Assembly (NCBI RefSeq): GCF_001194135.2
Contig: NC_068989.1
Coordinates: 38,838,765-38,902,764 of the forward strand
Source of the DNA: Octopus bimaculoides
Taxonomy: Eukaryota
Length of the DNA: 64,000 nucleotides
Direction: 5' to 3'
Shown piece by piece: positions 26,166-37,941 of the stretch (position 1 is the stretch's first letter; each line of letters begins with the position of its first letter). The notes beneath the pieces were generated by a model, which saw only the letters and a list, made by a program, of their open reading frames with translations, searched no databases and was not told the DNA's origin. Both the position numbers and the translations under genes were made by a program.

Positions 26166-26632
26166 CAAATGGTTGATTTCATATACTCATCATTTTGGGA
26201 TCACTAAAATATAGTATCACTCAATTTATTCAATTACTCGTCTGTGCTAGTATGCAATGAACTGGCAAATTAGTGTAGAGCTTGAATACCTGCCCAAATG
26301 TGGGTCTTCAATAACAGGTGGAGTGGTACCCTAGTTACTGTGTCTTGCTGCTGTATCAAAGCTGCTATTGATTTGTAACATTCTAGATTACAGTTAATGC
26401 AACTTGTGTGCACTCATGCATGTACATGCACAGACACACACACACACTCTCTCTCTAAAACTGAGTTCATGAAAAAAGACGTATATCATGGGGATATTTG
26501 AGATTCATTCTTTCTATTCATTCATTTCACATTGGCATTGATCATTATCCCAACTAATTTCTCATTAGTTGTAGAACACTTTCAATAGAGCATGCCTCTG
26601 TAAGATGACTGAACATGTGCTTAGTTTCAATA

Positions 26633-26689
<57 letters not shown>

Positions 26690-27027
26690 GTGTGTGTATG
26701 CATGTGTGTATGATAAAATTCATTTTGACTGGAACTTTGCCTGATGATGATAGTTCATATATTTCTAAAATTGAACACCCATTTTTTTACAACTAGAACA
26801 ATTTGTCTTCTGTAACTGATTCGAGGCCAAACAAATTGAAAACGAATGTAATCTTTTCAAATATTCAATTACTATTTTTCTACCGCCAATAAAGTACACC
26901 ACAATGCAAATAATTATGCAAGCTCTAAAATTTTTATTACTCTCATTACCTTATGAATAAAGCCTAGTATTTTGAACATTTTGACTTTAGTATGGGTGCA
27001 AATAATACTGCTGAAATTAGTGAACTA

Positions 27028-27345
27028 GCAAACTTTTATATTCTTGTTACCATGACCACTCCCAAGACCTGTTGGCAAAATCCCCTGCAAACGAGAAGCA
27101 CTTGAGAGAGAGAACAATTTCGGAGGGAGTAAGTCTGGAGGTGTCAGGCTGGGGTCAGGTCGAAGGTCCAAAAATTGTTTCAGTGTGAGAAGTCCTTTAT
27201 TGTATGGGATCACCATATATTAACTCTTGACATCAAGAGTGAACATAAATTTAGAGGGGCCAGAAGGGAAGGAGAAAGAATTAAAGAGACAAAGAACATT
27301 GTTAGTGTCATGGATGTGGGAGGGGATGGAAGCCACTAGGGGGGA
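27028..27345 (-). mobile_element. Penelope-like reverse transcriptase fragment
   Basis: Minus: PLVASIPSHIHDTNNVL...FMFTLDVKS*YMVIPYNKGLLTLKQFLDLRPDP, then after frameshifts LKCFSFAGDF / QQVLGVVMVTR. These match the PLE RT motifs DVxSLYTxIP and FxFxGxxYxQxxGxAMG. Confidence 0.8.
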
Positions 27346-27350
27346 AGGAC

Positions 27351-27512
27351 GATGGGCTTCTTTCAGTTTCCATCTACTAAATCCACTTACAAGGTTTTGG
27401 TTAGCCCAAGGCTATAGCAGAAGACACTTAGTCAAGGTGTCAGGCAGTGGGACTGAATCTGGAACCATGTGGTTGGGAAGTAAGCTTGTTACCACACAGC
27501 CACTCCTGCACC
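27351..27512 (-). mobile_element. Family A SINE 5' half
   Basis: Minus head GCAGGAGTGGCTGTGTGGTAAC...GATTCAGTCCC. Confidence 0.85.
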
Positions 27513-27999
27513 ATTACAACAAAGCTCTAAGAAAGTGGTGAGATGGAATAAATCAAATATTACAAGAACACAACAAATCTCAACATAAAGCAGGAAAAAG
27601 TGACATAATCTGGGATAATCTACAAATAAAAAAAATTTATAACCAAAACATTCTGTCACCTTTTTGCTAAAACATTTCCCACTTGTGCACATACCACAAA
27701 GTTTTAAATACAGTCATTAAAATTTATTCTAACACCCATAACTTCTAGATAATAGCTATTTCCTATCAAATAAGACTAAATCAAAAACTAACAAAACTCA
27801 ACCCAAATAACCATAATTATAAAATTGCATGCCCTCTACCAAGAAAATGTTTTACTGGGGAAATAGTGAATTGTGTCCTAGGTTGACCCTTTCTTTCTAC
27901 TCTGCAGTGAGGCAATTATTTCAGTCCTTCCATATGTATCATCTCTCATCAACAGGCACAAAGCCATCCCCCATCTTTACTACTACTTCTGCCCAGTTG

Positions 28000-28250
28000 A
28001 GGGGGTTTTGTCATTTGAGTTACTTGGTGACCCTGTCAGTGCTGGTACTATGTAAAAAGCACTAGTGTTAGTGCCACACATAAAACACTGATGCTCATGC
28101 CATGTAAAAAGTGGTTGGCATTAAGAAGGGCATCCAGCCATAGAAACCATGCCTAAAATGACTCTCAGCCTAGCTAACGCTTGTCAAACTGTCCAGCCCA
28201 TACTACCATGGAAATGGATGTTTAATGATAGCAATGATAATGATGATGAT
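28000..28250 (+). mobile_element. Family D short retroposon
   Basis: AAGTGGTTGGCATTAAGAAGGGCATCCAGCCATAGAAACC...GATAATGATGATGAT. Confidence 0.8.
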
Positions 28251-28642
28251 ATATATAGATGCCTTGAAGCTCAGGGCACTGATCCAGAAGATTACTTCAA
28301 GATACAAAGCATGTTATATAAATCTGCCTAAATTCAGTGCCTTTGTTGCAAGAAACTATTAAAAGCTCTCATTTTAAATACTATGCACATTAAATGATAT
28401 TTATCTCCCACTGGTTGGAGTACACTTTTTTGTTGATCCTACGTTATATATATATATATAGGTATAGGCAAAAATAGGTGCACAGTGGCTTAATACGAGT
28501 GGAATATTCATTTCTGTATTTCTTTTAGTTTTATCTCATTGGGAGCCTTCTTCTTTTTTTTTTCTGGAGACTTTGAGTGAATGCTTGAGCCACAAGCAAC
28601 TGTATACCTACATTTACCCACCCCTGTATATCTATCTATCTA

Positions 28643-28786
28643 TGTGTCACGCTGAGTCTTCCTGAGAACTACGTTAGGGGTACACATGTCTGTGGATTGG
28701 TCAGTCACTTGCATGTTAATTTCATGACCAGGCTGTTCCGTTGATCGTATCAGCTGAGACCCTCATTGTCGTAACCGATGGAGTGC
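28643..28786 (+). mobile_element. Family B SINE 3' half
   Basis: Collinear with 25740-25885; (TATC)n on both sides. Confidence 0.85.
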
Positions 28787-28789
28787 TCC

Positions 28790-28831
<42 letters not shown>

Positions 28832-28905
28832 GCCCGTCTGTCTGTCTGTGTGTATGTATATATATATATATATCTTGTGTGTACCTGAGGCTATGCACCA
28901 CTAAG

Positions 28906-29045
28906 GTTGTTTGGATTTCTGCATTGGACGTTCCAAGTGCTGTTGAATGCTTAACTGCATAACACAATAAAATGTTCCCCTTATGCCCTGTTGTGGTTAA
29001 GCATCTAATTGTACTTGGAACATCCGATGCAAATTTGGAAACAAC
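28906..29045. repeat. Old fold-back (MITE-like) inverted repeat
   Basis: TGCATTGGACGTTCCAAGTGC versus GTACTTGGAACATCCGATGCA, and ATGCTTAAC versus GTTAAGCAT. Confidence 0.7.
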
Positions 29046-29349
29046 TACAATAGTGAAACATGCATAGGAAGAAGTGATATCAGCTTGTGTTTATCATAAT
29101 TTCTCATACATACACACACAGCCACACACATACATGCTTAATATACTAACACTAAGTTCTCAACACCTCCCACACGGTCTATACAAGTCATATGTAAAAT
29201 TGATCAAAGACATGAAATGATATGAAAGAATATATATATTCTTTCACACACAGACATGCATATATATACATAGATATAGGAAAGCATAACATTTATAATA
29301 GATATGTATATATACAAACATAGAATGGTGCAGTGTGTTGTATTTTGTT

Positions 29350-29640
29350 TCTGAAAAGATTTTCTTAGGATGGTGAGGAAGATGCATTGGAACAGCCACT
29401 TTGACTCACAGAGCTTGCACTTGAGGACAGCTATCTCTGTCTCATATTCTAATAGTGCTGTGGACCAAGAATGCTGGAGGTCTCTGCTGCAACAGGCTTG
29501 ATCATAAACCTGTCAGAGAGCCACCGATACCTTGACAGTAGTAAATGTTACAAAGCTTCTGGAATGAAGAGAATAACTTACTGAATGGCAGATCATCATA
29601 GAGTTGCTTTTGACACACATTTACTGATATGTGTGAAAGC
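29350..29640 (+). mobile_element. Possible hAT transposase remnant
   Basis: MHWNSHFDSQSLHLRTAI resembles the hAT TRWNSxxDMLxRxxxLRxAI motif; TEWQIIIEL downstream resembles EWxxIxEL. Short and interrupted. Confidence 0.4.
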
Positions 29641-31204
29641 AGGTGGACTACAATTAAATCAATATATGCACTTAAATCCACATTAAGTTAAAAGAAAGAT
29701 TTGATAATATTCATAAGATAGATACAAACACAGAATGGTGCTAGGTGTAACATTTTATCTTCAAGAAACTTCTCTAGAGAGACTTTATATTTCAAAAGCA
29801 TAGAGCTCACTCTACATTTGTAAATATATTATAAATATTTTACAAATATTTATTTTGATTCAATCCTATTTCAGGTGCATATAAATGATTTGATTTTAGC
29901 CTGACTATCTTTCACACCAGTTGGGTTACATCTGCTTATCTCCTGAGAATTCTGAGGCAAGTTGAAATATTCATTCCAACTGGTATCTGACTATCTGCTG
30001 ACAACATTCTGGGTGACTTCTGTGTTTTTAACACAAAAAAATCTCTTTATGAGGTTTCTCAAAAGGTTACAGCTGGCTTCATCTGCATTTGTAAATACAT
30101 TACAAATGCTATACACATTACTATTTTAATCTAATGCTGTTTCAAGTGCACAAGCACACACACTACACACACAGACACTCACATATGTGTGTGTGTTAGT
30201 ATACATACATACATAAGTAGGTAGGTAAGTTGGTTGGTAGTAGGTAGATAGATCAATCATGATGTGTTGATCTATATATATGTTTGTGTGTGTGTAACAT
30301 ATGTGTATACATATATAGATAGGGTAGGGGCAGTTGCATGCATCAATAATTTATTCAAATCAAATTTAATAAAAGAAAAGGAGACGGTAAAACCAATCAT
30401 AATGTCAGCAGTAGACAACAACAAAAGATATAACAACATTCAAATAATAATAATAATAATAATAGTAACAGTAGCATTAATAGAAACTGAGTTTGAAAAA
30501 AAAAAAGAAGAAACATTAGTGAGCATCAGAATAACAACTGCAATTAATTATAGCCCACAATGACAACAACAACAACAATAGAAATATCAATTGATTTTAG
30601 CTGTTGAACTATTTTTATTATCCCTTGATCTTTTTCTCTCATACTCTCTCCCTCTTTCCATTTCTTATGCTTGTAACAATCTCTCACCTTATCTCTCTGT
30701 ATATATCTGTGAATCTACAACACTATTTCACACTCTGTACCTAGACACTTCTGTTTCCAATCTCTCCTTCAAATCAAATTTCTCTATAACTCCAAATGTT
30801 TCTCATACATCCTTCTCTCTCTTTCACCGCTTTTCTCTCTCATTTTTACTCTCTAATTCTGCCTTGTATCACTACACTTTTATTGCTCCTGTTCCCCACA
30901 CTCTATATCGCTTTCTCTCCCTCTGTGTTTCTATCACTTTCTGTCCCAGTAGTGTCATAAACACAGTTTACAATATTTAGATATTTTCAAATAGTTTCAG
31001 TGGATTCGCTGGAGCTTTTACAAATACTGTGTATCTGTGCGCATCTGCCTGCATCTGTGTATTTGTGTGTCTGTGCATATGTGAACAAGCATGTAGTGGG
31101 TGCCTGTGTCAGGTGCATTGAAAAGATATCTGTTTACATGGAATTAACTTTATGCAACACACATACACAAACACCCACATGTGTGAATGTATGCATATGA
31201 CCTG

Positions 31205-31265
<61 letters not shown>

Positions 31266-31429
31266 CATACAATGTAATGGTATGTGTGTACATGCATATA
31301 TATGCACATACACATGTGTATGTGTATATATGTACTTATATATATATGCATATTCATATATAAATGTATATATAAATGCTTGCTTATATGTATATATAAA
31401 TATGTATGCATACACACACACACACATAT

Positions 31430-31460
<31 letters not shown>

Positions 31461-31578
31461 CAGGTAGTGGGTCGTATAGTCTGCTGGAGATGATGTTTGA
31501 TGAGGCTAAATAGCAGTAGCATTCGTTCTAACCAAGACTACCATGTTATGTTGGCAAATAATCTTTACTCTATATATG

Positions 31579-31629
<51 letters not shown>

Positions 31630-31680
31630 GTCTGTCTGTCTGTCTGTCTATCTGTCTGTCTGTATCTGTGNNNNNNNNNN

Positions 31681-31715
<35 letters not shown>

Positions 31716-32009
31716 CATTCACTTTTTCCAAGCTTGTATAAGTCAGACAGAATTCATTGAGGTAGATTTTCTACCTCAAAGTACAAAATCTGGCTAAGCT
31801 TCCTGTTGCCAACCTCCACTTGTTTCTAAATACTGTAATTATTTCCCTATGGATGGATATGTGTTCAAGGAAAGTTGAAAACTAACAACACCAATTTTGT
31901 ACTGTTGATGGTAGTTTACTATCAGGCTATGTCAAATAGGGACACATAAATATATACAGACTGACAAACAAACAAGGACGGACAGACAGATGGATAGATG
32001 GATAAATAG

Positions 32010-32165
32010 GCTGCTTTCAGTTTCTGCCTACCAAATTCATATTCACTCATGTGTCATTGGTTAGTTCAAGGCTATCATAGAAGACAATTGCCTAAAGTGT
32101 CAGGCTGTGACACTGAACCCAAAACCTCATTGTTAGAAACTGAATTTTTTAACCATACCATAATG
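32010..32165 (-). mobile_element. Family A SINE 5' half, old copy
   Basis: CTTTCAGTTTCTGCCTACCAAAT...GGCTATCATAGAAGACA...CACTGAACCC. Confidence 0.65.
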
Positions 32166-32549
32166 TCTATATATATATATATATATATANNNNNNNNNNN
32201 NNNNNNNNNNNNNNNNNNNNNNNNNNNNNNNNNNNNNNNNNNNNNNNNNNNNNNNNNNNNNNNNNNNNNNNNNNNNNNNNNNNNNNNNNNNNNNNNNNNN
32301 NNNNNNNNNNNNNNNNNNNNNNNNNNNNNNNNNNNNNNNNNNNNNNNNNNNNNNNNNNNNNNNNNNNNNNNNNNNNNNNNNNNTTCCTGCAGAACTAATG
32401 TGGGGTATAGAATATGGAATATACAATATATAATATGATATACAATATACAATATAAAATAAAATAAAATAAAAATGGATGGCACCATGAAAGAAAGTAT
32501 TGAATGTAGATGAAATATTGAGTGTTCAATATAAAGGATCAAATATATA

Positions 32550-32583
<34 letters not shown>

Positions 32584-32589
32584 TATAAA

Positions 32590-32629
32590 GGCGACTCGAG
32601 TTTCAGGGCTATTTCCCTTCGTCATGGCC
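32590..32629 (-). ncRNA. Compact 40-nt hammerhead-like motif between (TA)n tracts
   Basis: GGC-CATGACGA-AGGG-aaatag-CCCT-GAAAC-tcga-GTC-GCC. All three stems pair; the core has one extra nucleotide relative to CUGANGA. Confidence 0.65.
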
Positions 32630-32903
32630 GGTATGACATTGCATATATATATATATGCAATGTGAGGCCTTTGTATAATTCATGGAAGATTTGCATTGAA
32701 AGATTTGCTCATTCTTTGGCATAATGCACAGCTGTGTTGGCTGGTAGAAGAAACTGGTGCCACAGTATGAACTCTTTTGACATACCTTTTCCATCCTCCA
32801 ACTGTGAGACACACCTATCCACAGGTTGCACATGTTTTGTTGTGAACAATAGCCATATCACAATTTACGACACACAGACATATATGCGTAGGTGTGCGTT
32901 TGC

Positions 32904-32950
<47 letters not shown>

Positions 32951-32951
32951 T

Positions 32952-33177
32952 ATCATGTGATCACATGACTAACCAGACTATTAAATGCTGTTATGCATCG
33001 CTGGTCACTATGCAAATTGCTGGCTAGGCCAGCAGGCCAATATTCCTTCTTGATTGAAAGGGGAACTGGAGCAATGTCAAATGAAGTGTTTTGCTCAGAA
33101 ACACACCATGCTGCCCAGTCTGGAGTATCAAACCCACGATCTAGCAATTGTGAGTATCACCTCCCTAAAAACTAGGT
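32952..33177 (-). mobile_element. Decayed tRNA-headed SINE of a fourth family
   Basis: Minus: CCTAGTTTTTAGGG...GATCGTGGGTTTGATACTCC (A/B-box remnants), then GTGTTTCTGAGCAAAACACTTCATTTGACATTGCTCCAG. Confidence 0.6.
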
Positions 33178-33224
33178 CACATACCTTTACATCTCTCTTT
33201 CTCTCTCTCTACAAATATATAGGT

Positions 33225-36030
33225 ACATGTTGACGTTACCGGTATTTCCTGGAAAAGCAGAGCTTATCCCTTGGATCCTTTCTCATAATTATTTTTCTAA
33301 TCCAGTAACAACAGTACAAAGCATGTATCCCTTAAAACGGTCTTTGGGCAGTTACAGGGAATACCAAACTATCTTACATAGCATCTTGTTTTTAAGACAT
33401 CCCAATAAGTTATGAATACCCAATCATGAAGTCAGTTACATAATAATATGAAATTAGTTACCTAATAGTAAGAATTCAAATAAAGTAGCCCTGAAAAGGG
33501 CTTTAATGTGTTCCCAGAGTATAGAGAACTTAGGAGGAAATATCAATAAGGTATGTATACCAAACTCATGAAGCATGTTACGTAATAACAGGCTAATCAG
33601 ATATGAGATAATACCAATTCAAAAGAAATAACTCTGAAAAGAGCTATTGTGTGTTCCTAGTGAATATAACCCTTAGGGGTGCTTGCGTTGAAATTGATTT
33701 ACACTGAATGTAGAAACAGACTGACATTTAGTTTTACAGTAGACATACAAATAAATTTGCATATAGATTTAAAAATAAAATAACATGTAGATTAATCAAT
33801 ACATTTATGACACTTAAAAATATTATAGTTAAATAATAAATGCCTGATGATTTAGTGAATCTTATTAAATTCGCAGAGCTTCTTGATAAACAACAGATTT
33901 GGTCTTTCCTTGTTGGTCATATATAAACAAATGATTAGGATTGTCAAGTCTTGAGCATTCCACATAAAGTTGGCCATGGGAGAAAACTTGTTCCACAAGG
34001 TTCAGACCTACCACATCCAAGGACTGCCCATGAGCCTTGTTAATGCTCATTGTTCAGCTCAGTTTCAGCAGGAATTGCAGGTACTTGTACTGAAAAGGCA
34101 TATCTGAGGGAATAAGTGGAATCCTAGGAATGAATACAGGCTCACCATTTGCTTTACTAGTCAAAATTGTTGTCTCCAAGACTGTTAGCATCATCTTCTT
34201 TATTATAAGTCATGTGCCATTGCAAAGCTTTGGTGGATTGAGATTTCGAAGCAGCGTAACTGGTGCCCTAATCTTGAGGTGCAAGTTGTGAGGTGGGAAG
34301 CTGGGTGGTGTTAGACTATTCAAGAATTTGACTGGATAATTCACAGCTTCATCGATGTTGAGTACAGTGTCAATAGAATTGTAGATGCTCCAGAAATTTG
34401 ATGTTCAAATCATCGACTGCCACATTCTTTGGGGCTAAAATGGCACAGGTTTTCAGCCAGTTGGGGTCTGAAAACTGATTCCTCAGGTTAGGAAACACCT
34501 TATTCATTAGTTCCTATAAATCAGATACCACATATCCAAAAGGCAAGCTTACCCAGCCATCCTTCTCACCAACCAAAGTGCCATTATGAAACATCCAACA
34601 GTTGCTTTGAAAAGTTTCTGTCTGCATCATCACCACTGAGCTGCAGAATCATGTTGGTTGTGAATCTCAGTTTTTGCACACTGCTCCTAGGACGACTTTA
34701 TGCTGGCATTTACCTCATGAGCTCTTGTCCCCTTTGGAACCACAGGAAGGGTTTGTCTAGTCTCCTGCAAGCAAATTTGTGGCACCTCCCATGAGCCTGG
34801 TGTTGTGTCTCAGATCCTGAAGGGCCATGTCAAGAGCTTCAAAGGAAACCTTGTGGCTCATTGTCACCTCATCCGAGATGATCAACCTGCATCCACCCAG
34901 ATGTTTGCCTTTTATAGAACCACGACTGATGGTACAGCTTACCTTCTCTTTCTTGACAGGTCCAAAGGGAGTTTGAAACAGGAATGAGTTGTGTGGCCAC
35001 CACTTAGCAGAGTTGCAGCTATTCAACTTGACGCCACTGCTATGATAATGTGTTTCATTTTGCGCATTTTGGCCAGAAGAAGGTTGATGATAAATGTCTT
35101 CCCAGTTCCACTTGGAGCATCCAGAAAGAAAATACCTCCTCTTTCACTTTCAATGCTTGAAATAATTGCCTTATAAACATCCAGTTGGTCCTCCAACAGT
35201 TTGTGTTCATTATCATCTATATACGACAGCATTTCCTCAATGTCATAGCTGATTTCTCACAGATACTCAATTGTGAAATTGTTTGCTGCCTGCTCGGGTG
35301 AAGCAGACCAAATGTGGCAATGCTTTGACCTCCCATAGCTTGCACACAGGTGTCCAGGTCAAGTAATGCCTCATTGTAAATGGCGTTGTTGAACATGGCT
35401 ATTTCTGCTGAGGCTTGCCTTTGAATCCTTTGTAGGATTTCCTCTGCCATGCTGGTTTTGTGGGTTGCCCAAGCTTGAGAGGTTCACCCAAGCTACATGT
35501 CATCAATGTGGTAGAAAATTGCATGTGCAGTTGACTTGATGCTCTGCTGATTGCCTCCAGGGTCTGATCCTAGTGAGCATCATCCTCCAGTAGCCCATGT
35601 TTGGTGCAGGCTTCTTCATTGTGTCTTCGAAGGTCTGACAATGTGCAGCAACAGACGCAGAAAGAAGCACTCCTGCTGATTAGGGTGCACAGTGTACACC
35701 CACCCAATAGCCCTGCTTCTGAAGACTGCATGTTCTTCACAGCGTACACAGGTACCTCAATGTTCAACAGTGTTCAGGCAAACAGATCACATTGGCATAA
35801 TTTGAAGAAAGCTGTCAAAGTGGTTTCTGGTGGATTCAGAACTACATTTCTAGCATTGTCTACTCTGAAATATACACTCTGGCCACTTTCAAGATGTACA
35901 GATAGATTCACCACTGTTGGATGCCACTTGTATATTTCGAAGGCCTCATTAGAGGAAATATACCTGCCCAACTTATATTGTCAAATTTCATCTGCCTGCT
36001 TGCCCTCCAAATTGAATATGGCACTTAAGT
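33225..36030 (-). mobile_element. Helitron 3' half: end of Rep region plus PIF1 helicase, pseudogenised
   Basis: AIFNLEGKQADEI*QYKLGRYISSNEA; HGLLEDDAH; Walker A FFLDAPSGTGKT; IISDEVTM; LLAGD; [13 protein letters not shown]; MSINKAHGQSLDVVGL...FSHGQLYVECSR...KTKSVVYQEAL* (ends 33865). Many stops and frameshifts. A degenerate 3' hairpin (CCGGTAACGTC) lies near 33231-33242. Confidence 0.92.
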
Positions 36031-36039
36031 TTAGGCACC

Positions 36040-37010
36040 AGAATATAGTATCGTATTATCCAAACAATTCCAAAAACAAGGTGATCAAAAATCAAAAAAA
36101 GCATCATGGATTTTCAAGGTTATTGCAGTACGTACGTTTCATGCAACTCCATTTATTTAAGTAATGCAAGCATTACATTAAGTGTAAAATGCAGAGCAAT
36201 CTTCAGCTGCACAAGGATACAGAAAATTTACTGAAATTTCATTTTAGCAGAATGGACATATTACTGTTGTGACAACATTTAAATAATCTAAGTGGGAAAG
36301 AAGAATACAAAAAAAACATCTTGACATAGCCTGTTTTCAATGCCAATTTATGCAATAATTTTTTGTGTAAGGTTACGTAACATTTGTGGTTTTAAACATT
36401 AGAATGCCACATCTTTTTTATGCTTATTGTTTCCTTCCAGTACAAGCCAAATACAATGTTTGGCAGATGTACAATATAAAAGTGCAACTTTGATGCAGGC
36501 CTGAAGAAGTGTTTGCTGTTGCTGCCACTGCCAAATGCATTACTGGTGCTGCTGCTGCTGCTTGATGCACAGCTGGTGTAATTCCCCCTGCTGTTGCTGC
36601 TGTTATTATTGGTTGATGTATTGTTAGTGCTGTTGCTACTGCCAAGACTACTGCTGCAATCACCAGTGCCATTCTCCACCTCAGCCTCATACACTGCACC
36701 TTAGGAATTCCATCGACCACCTACTGGACACTCATTGGTAATCCTGCATGAGCATGCTGCCTCTGCATGTTGTTTAGGAGTACTACCTAATATTTTTTTA
36801 ATGCTAGGCACACAACTGAAAGAGACCCTTAAGTTGTGTCTATTAAATAAACGCCAGTATCTATGTGATAGTATAAAATGTTTGACCACTCATCTAAGGA
36901 AAATCCTTCCCACACAAGTCTTGACTTTGAGTGAGAATGATAAGCTTTGCTTGACCAAAAGAGCAAGAATACTGAAAAACTTGCCTTACCTGGAGTTCTT
37001 TTTAAACCCC
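36040..37010 (-). mobile_element. Penelope-like element 3' part (linker, GIY-YIG remnant, 3' UTR with hammerhead)
   Basis: FSLKVKTCVGRIFLR*VVKHFILSHRYWRLFNRHNLRVSFSCVPSIKKIL...ACSCRITNECPVGG...AVYEAEV matches the PLE linker, Cys motif and VY strand. Confidence 0.85.
36124..36211 (-). ncRNA. Type I hammerhead ribozyme with intact core and 51-nt loop II
   Basis: TGCAG-CTGAAGA-TTGC-[51 nt]-GCAT-GAAAC-gtac-GTA-CTGCA. Stem I is 5 bp; stem III region is the palindrome ACGTACGT; predicted cleavage between 36129 and 36128. Confidence 0.8.
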
Positions 37011-37659
37011 ACAAAAGAGATGTTTAGTCAGTGATGTCATCAGAGGAAATTCGTGTTGGAAAAATGGAAACCACCATTTGCTGACTAGGAAAATGCTACC
37101 ACCTTCAGACGTCTTTGACAGAGGTCAGTGACATAACTGGAACTATTCTAATGGTGATAACTCCACCTTGCCCAAGATTCTGCCAGTGGAGTTTCATTCT
37201 GGAATTTTTGTTTTCAAAATTAACTGACCATAATGTTTCCCTTCCTCCAGTTGTAGTGAAACTATGTGCCTTCAGCCATTTGTGCCTGATGAGTTGCATA
37301 CACAGCTAAACTACGCCATTTATAGGTGTGAAATCAATGGTCACTCTCTGACCTGCCATAACAAGCAACCTTCAAAATATTACTACTGTAATGTTTAGAG
37401 TGTGCCTCTTTTCAGATATATTAACTACTGACTGATATACTTTGATAACTTTGATAGGTTTTGGCCAGTATAGGCCCAGTTCATGTCTAACTTAATAGCA
37501 CCACCTGATGAAGTCTTTTAGTCATATATGGGGCACCATGGCCCACTCTAGCTAAGAGTTATTCATGTTGGGAGGTTGGTCCAGTAACTTTTGAAGAAAT
37601 TTGTCCAGTGAACATTTGAATCTTATGGGATCCGTTTCCGTTTTGACATATATATATAT

Positions 37660-37747
37660 CATCATCATCATCATCATCGTTTAACGTCCGCTTTCCATGC
37701 TAGCATGGGTTGGACGATTTGACTGAGGACTGGTGCAACCGGATGGC
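37660..37747 (-). mobile_element. Family D 3' end, young copy, running into a gap
   Basis: Near-identical to 63696-63786. Confidence 0.9.
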
Positions 37748-37941
37748 NNNNNNNNNNNNNNNNNNNNNNNNNNNNNNNNNNNNNNNNNNNNNNNNNNNNN
37801 NNNNNNNNNNNNNNNNNNNNNNNNNNNNNNNNNNNNNNNNNNNNNNNNNNNNNNNNNNNNNNNNNNNNNNNNNNNNNNNNNNNNNNNNNNNNNNNNNNNN
37901 NNNNNNNNNNNNNNNNNNNNNNTATATATATATATATATAT

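Noticed and set aside
33488-33501. GCCCTGAAAAGGGC resembles lambda boxB
   Set aside because: One base short of boxB, in a eukaryotic context; better explained as the reverse complement of a histone-like stem-loop.
35601-36164. 187-aa plus-strand ORF
   Set aside because: Antisense to the Helitron pseudogene and PLE UTR; no recognisable domain.
37286-37316. CTGATGA-GTTG-cataca-CAGC-TAAAC, hammerhead-like
   Set aside because: GAAA is replaced by TAAA, and no pairing NUH site or stem I follows.
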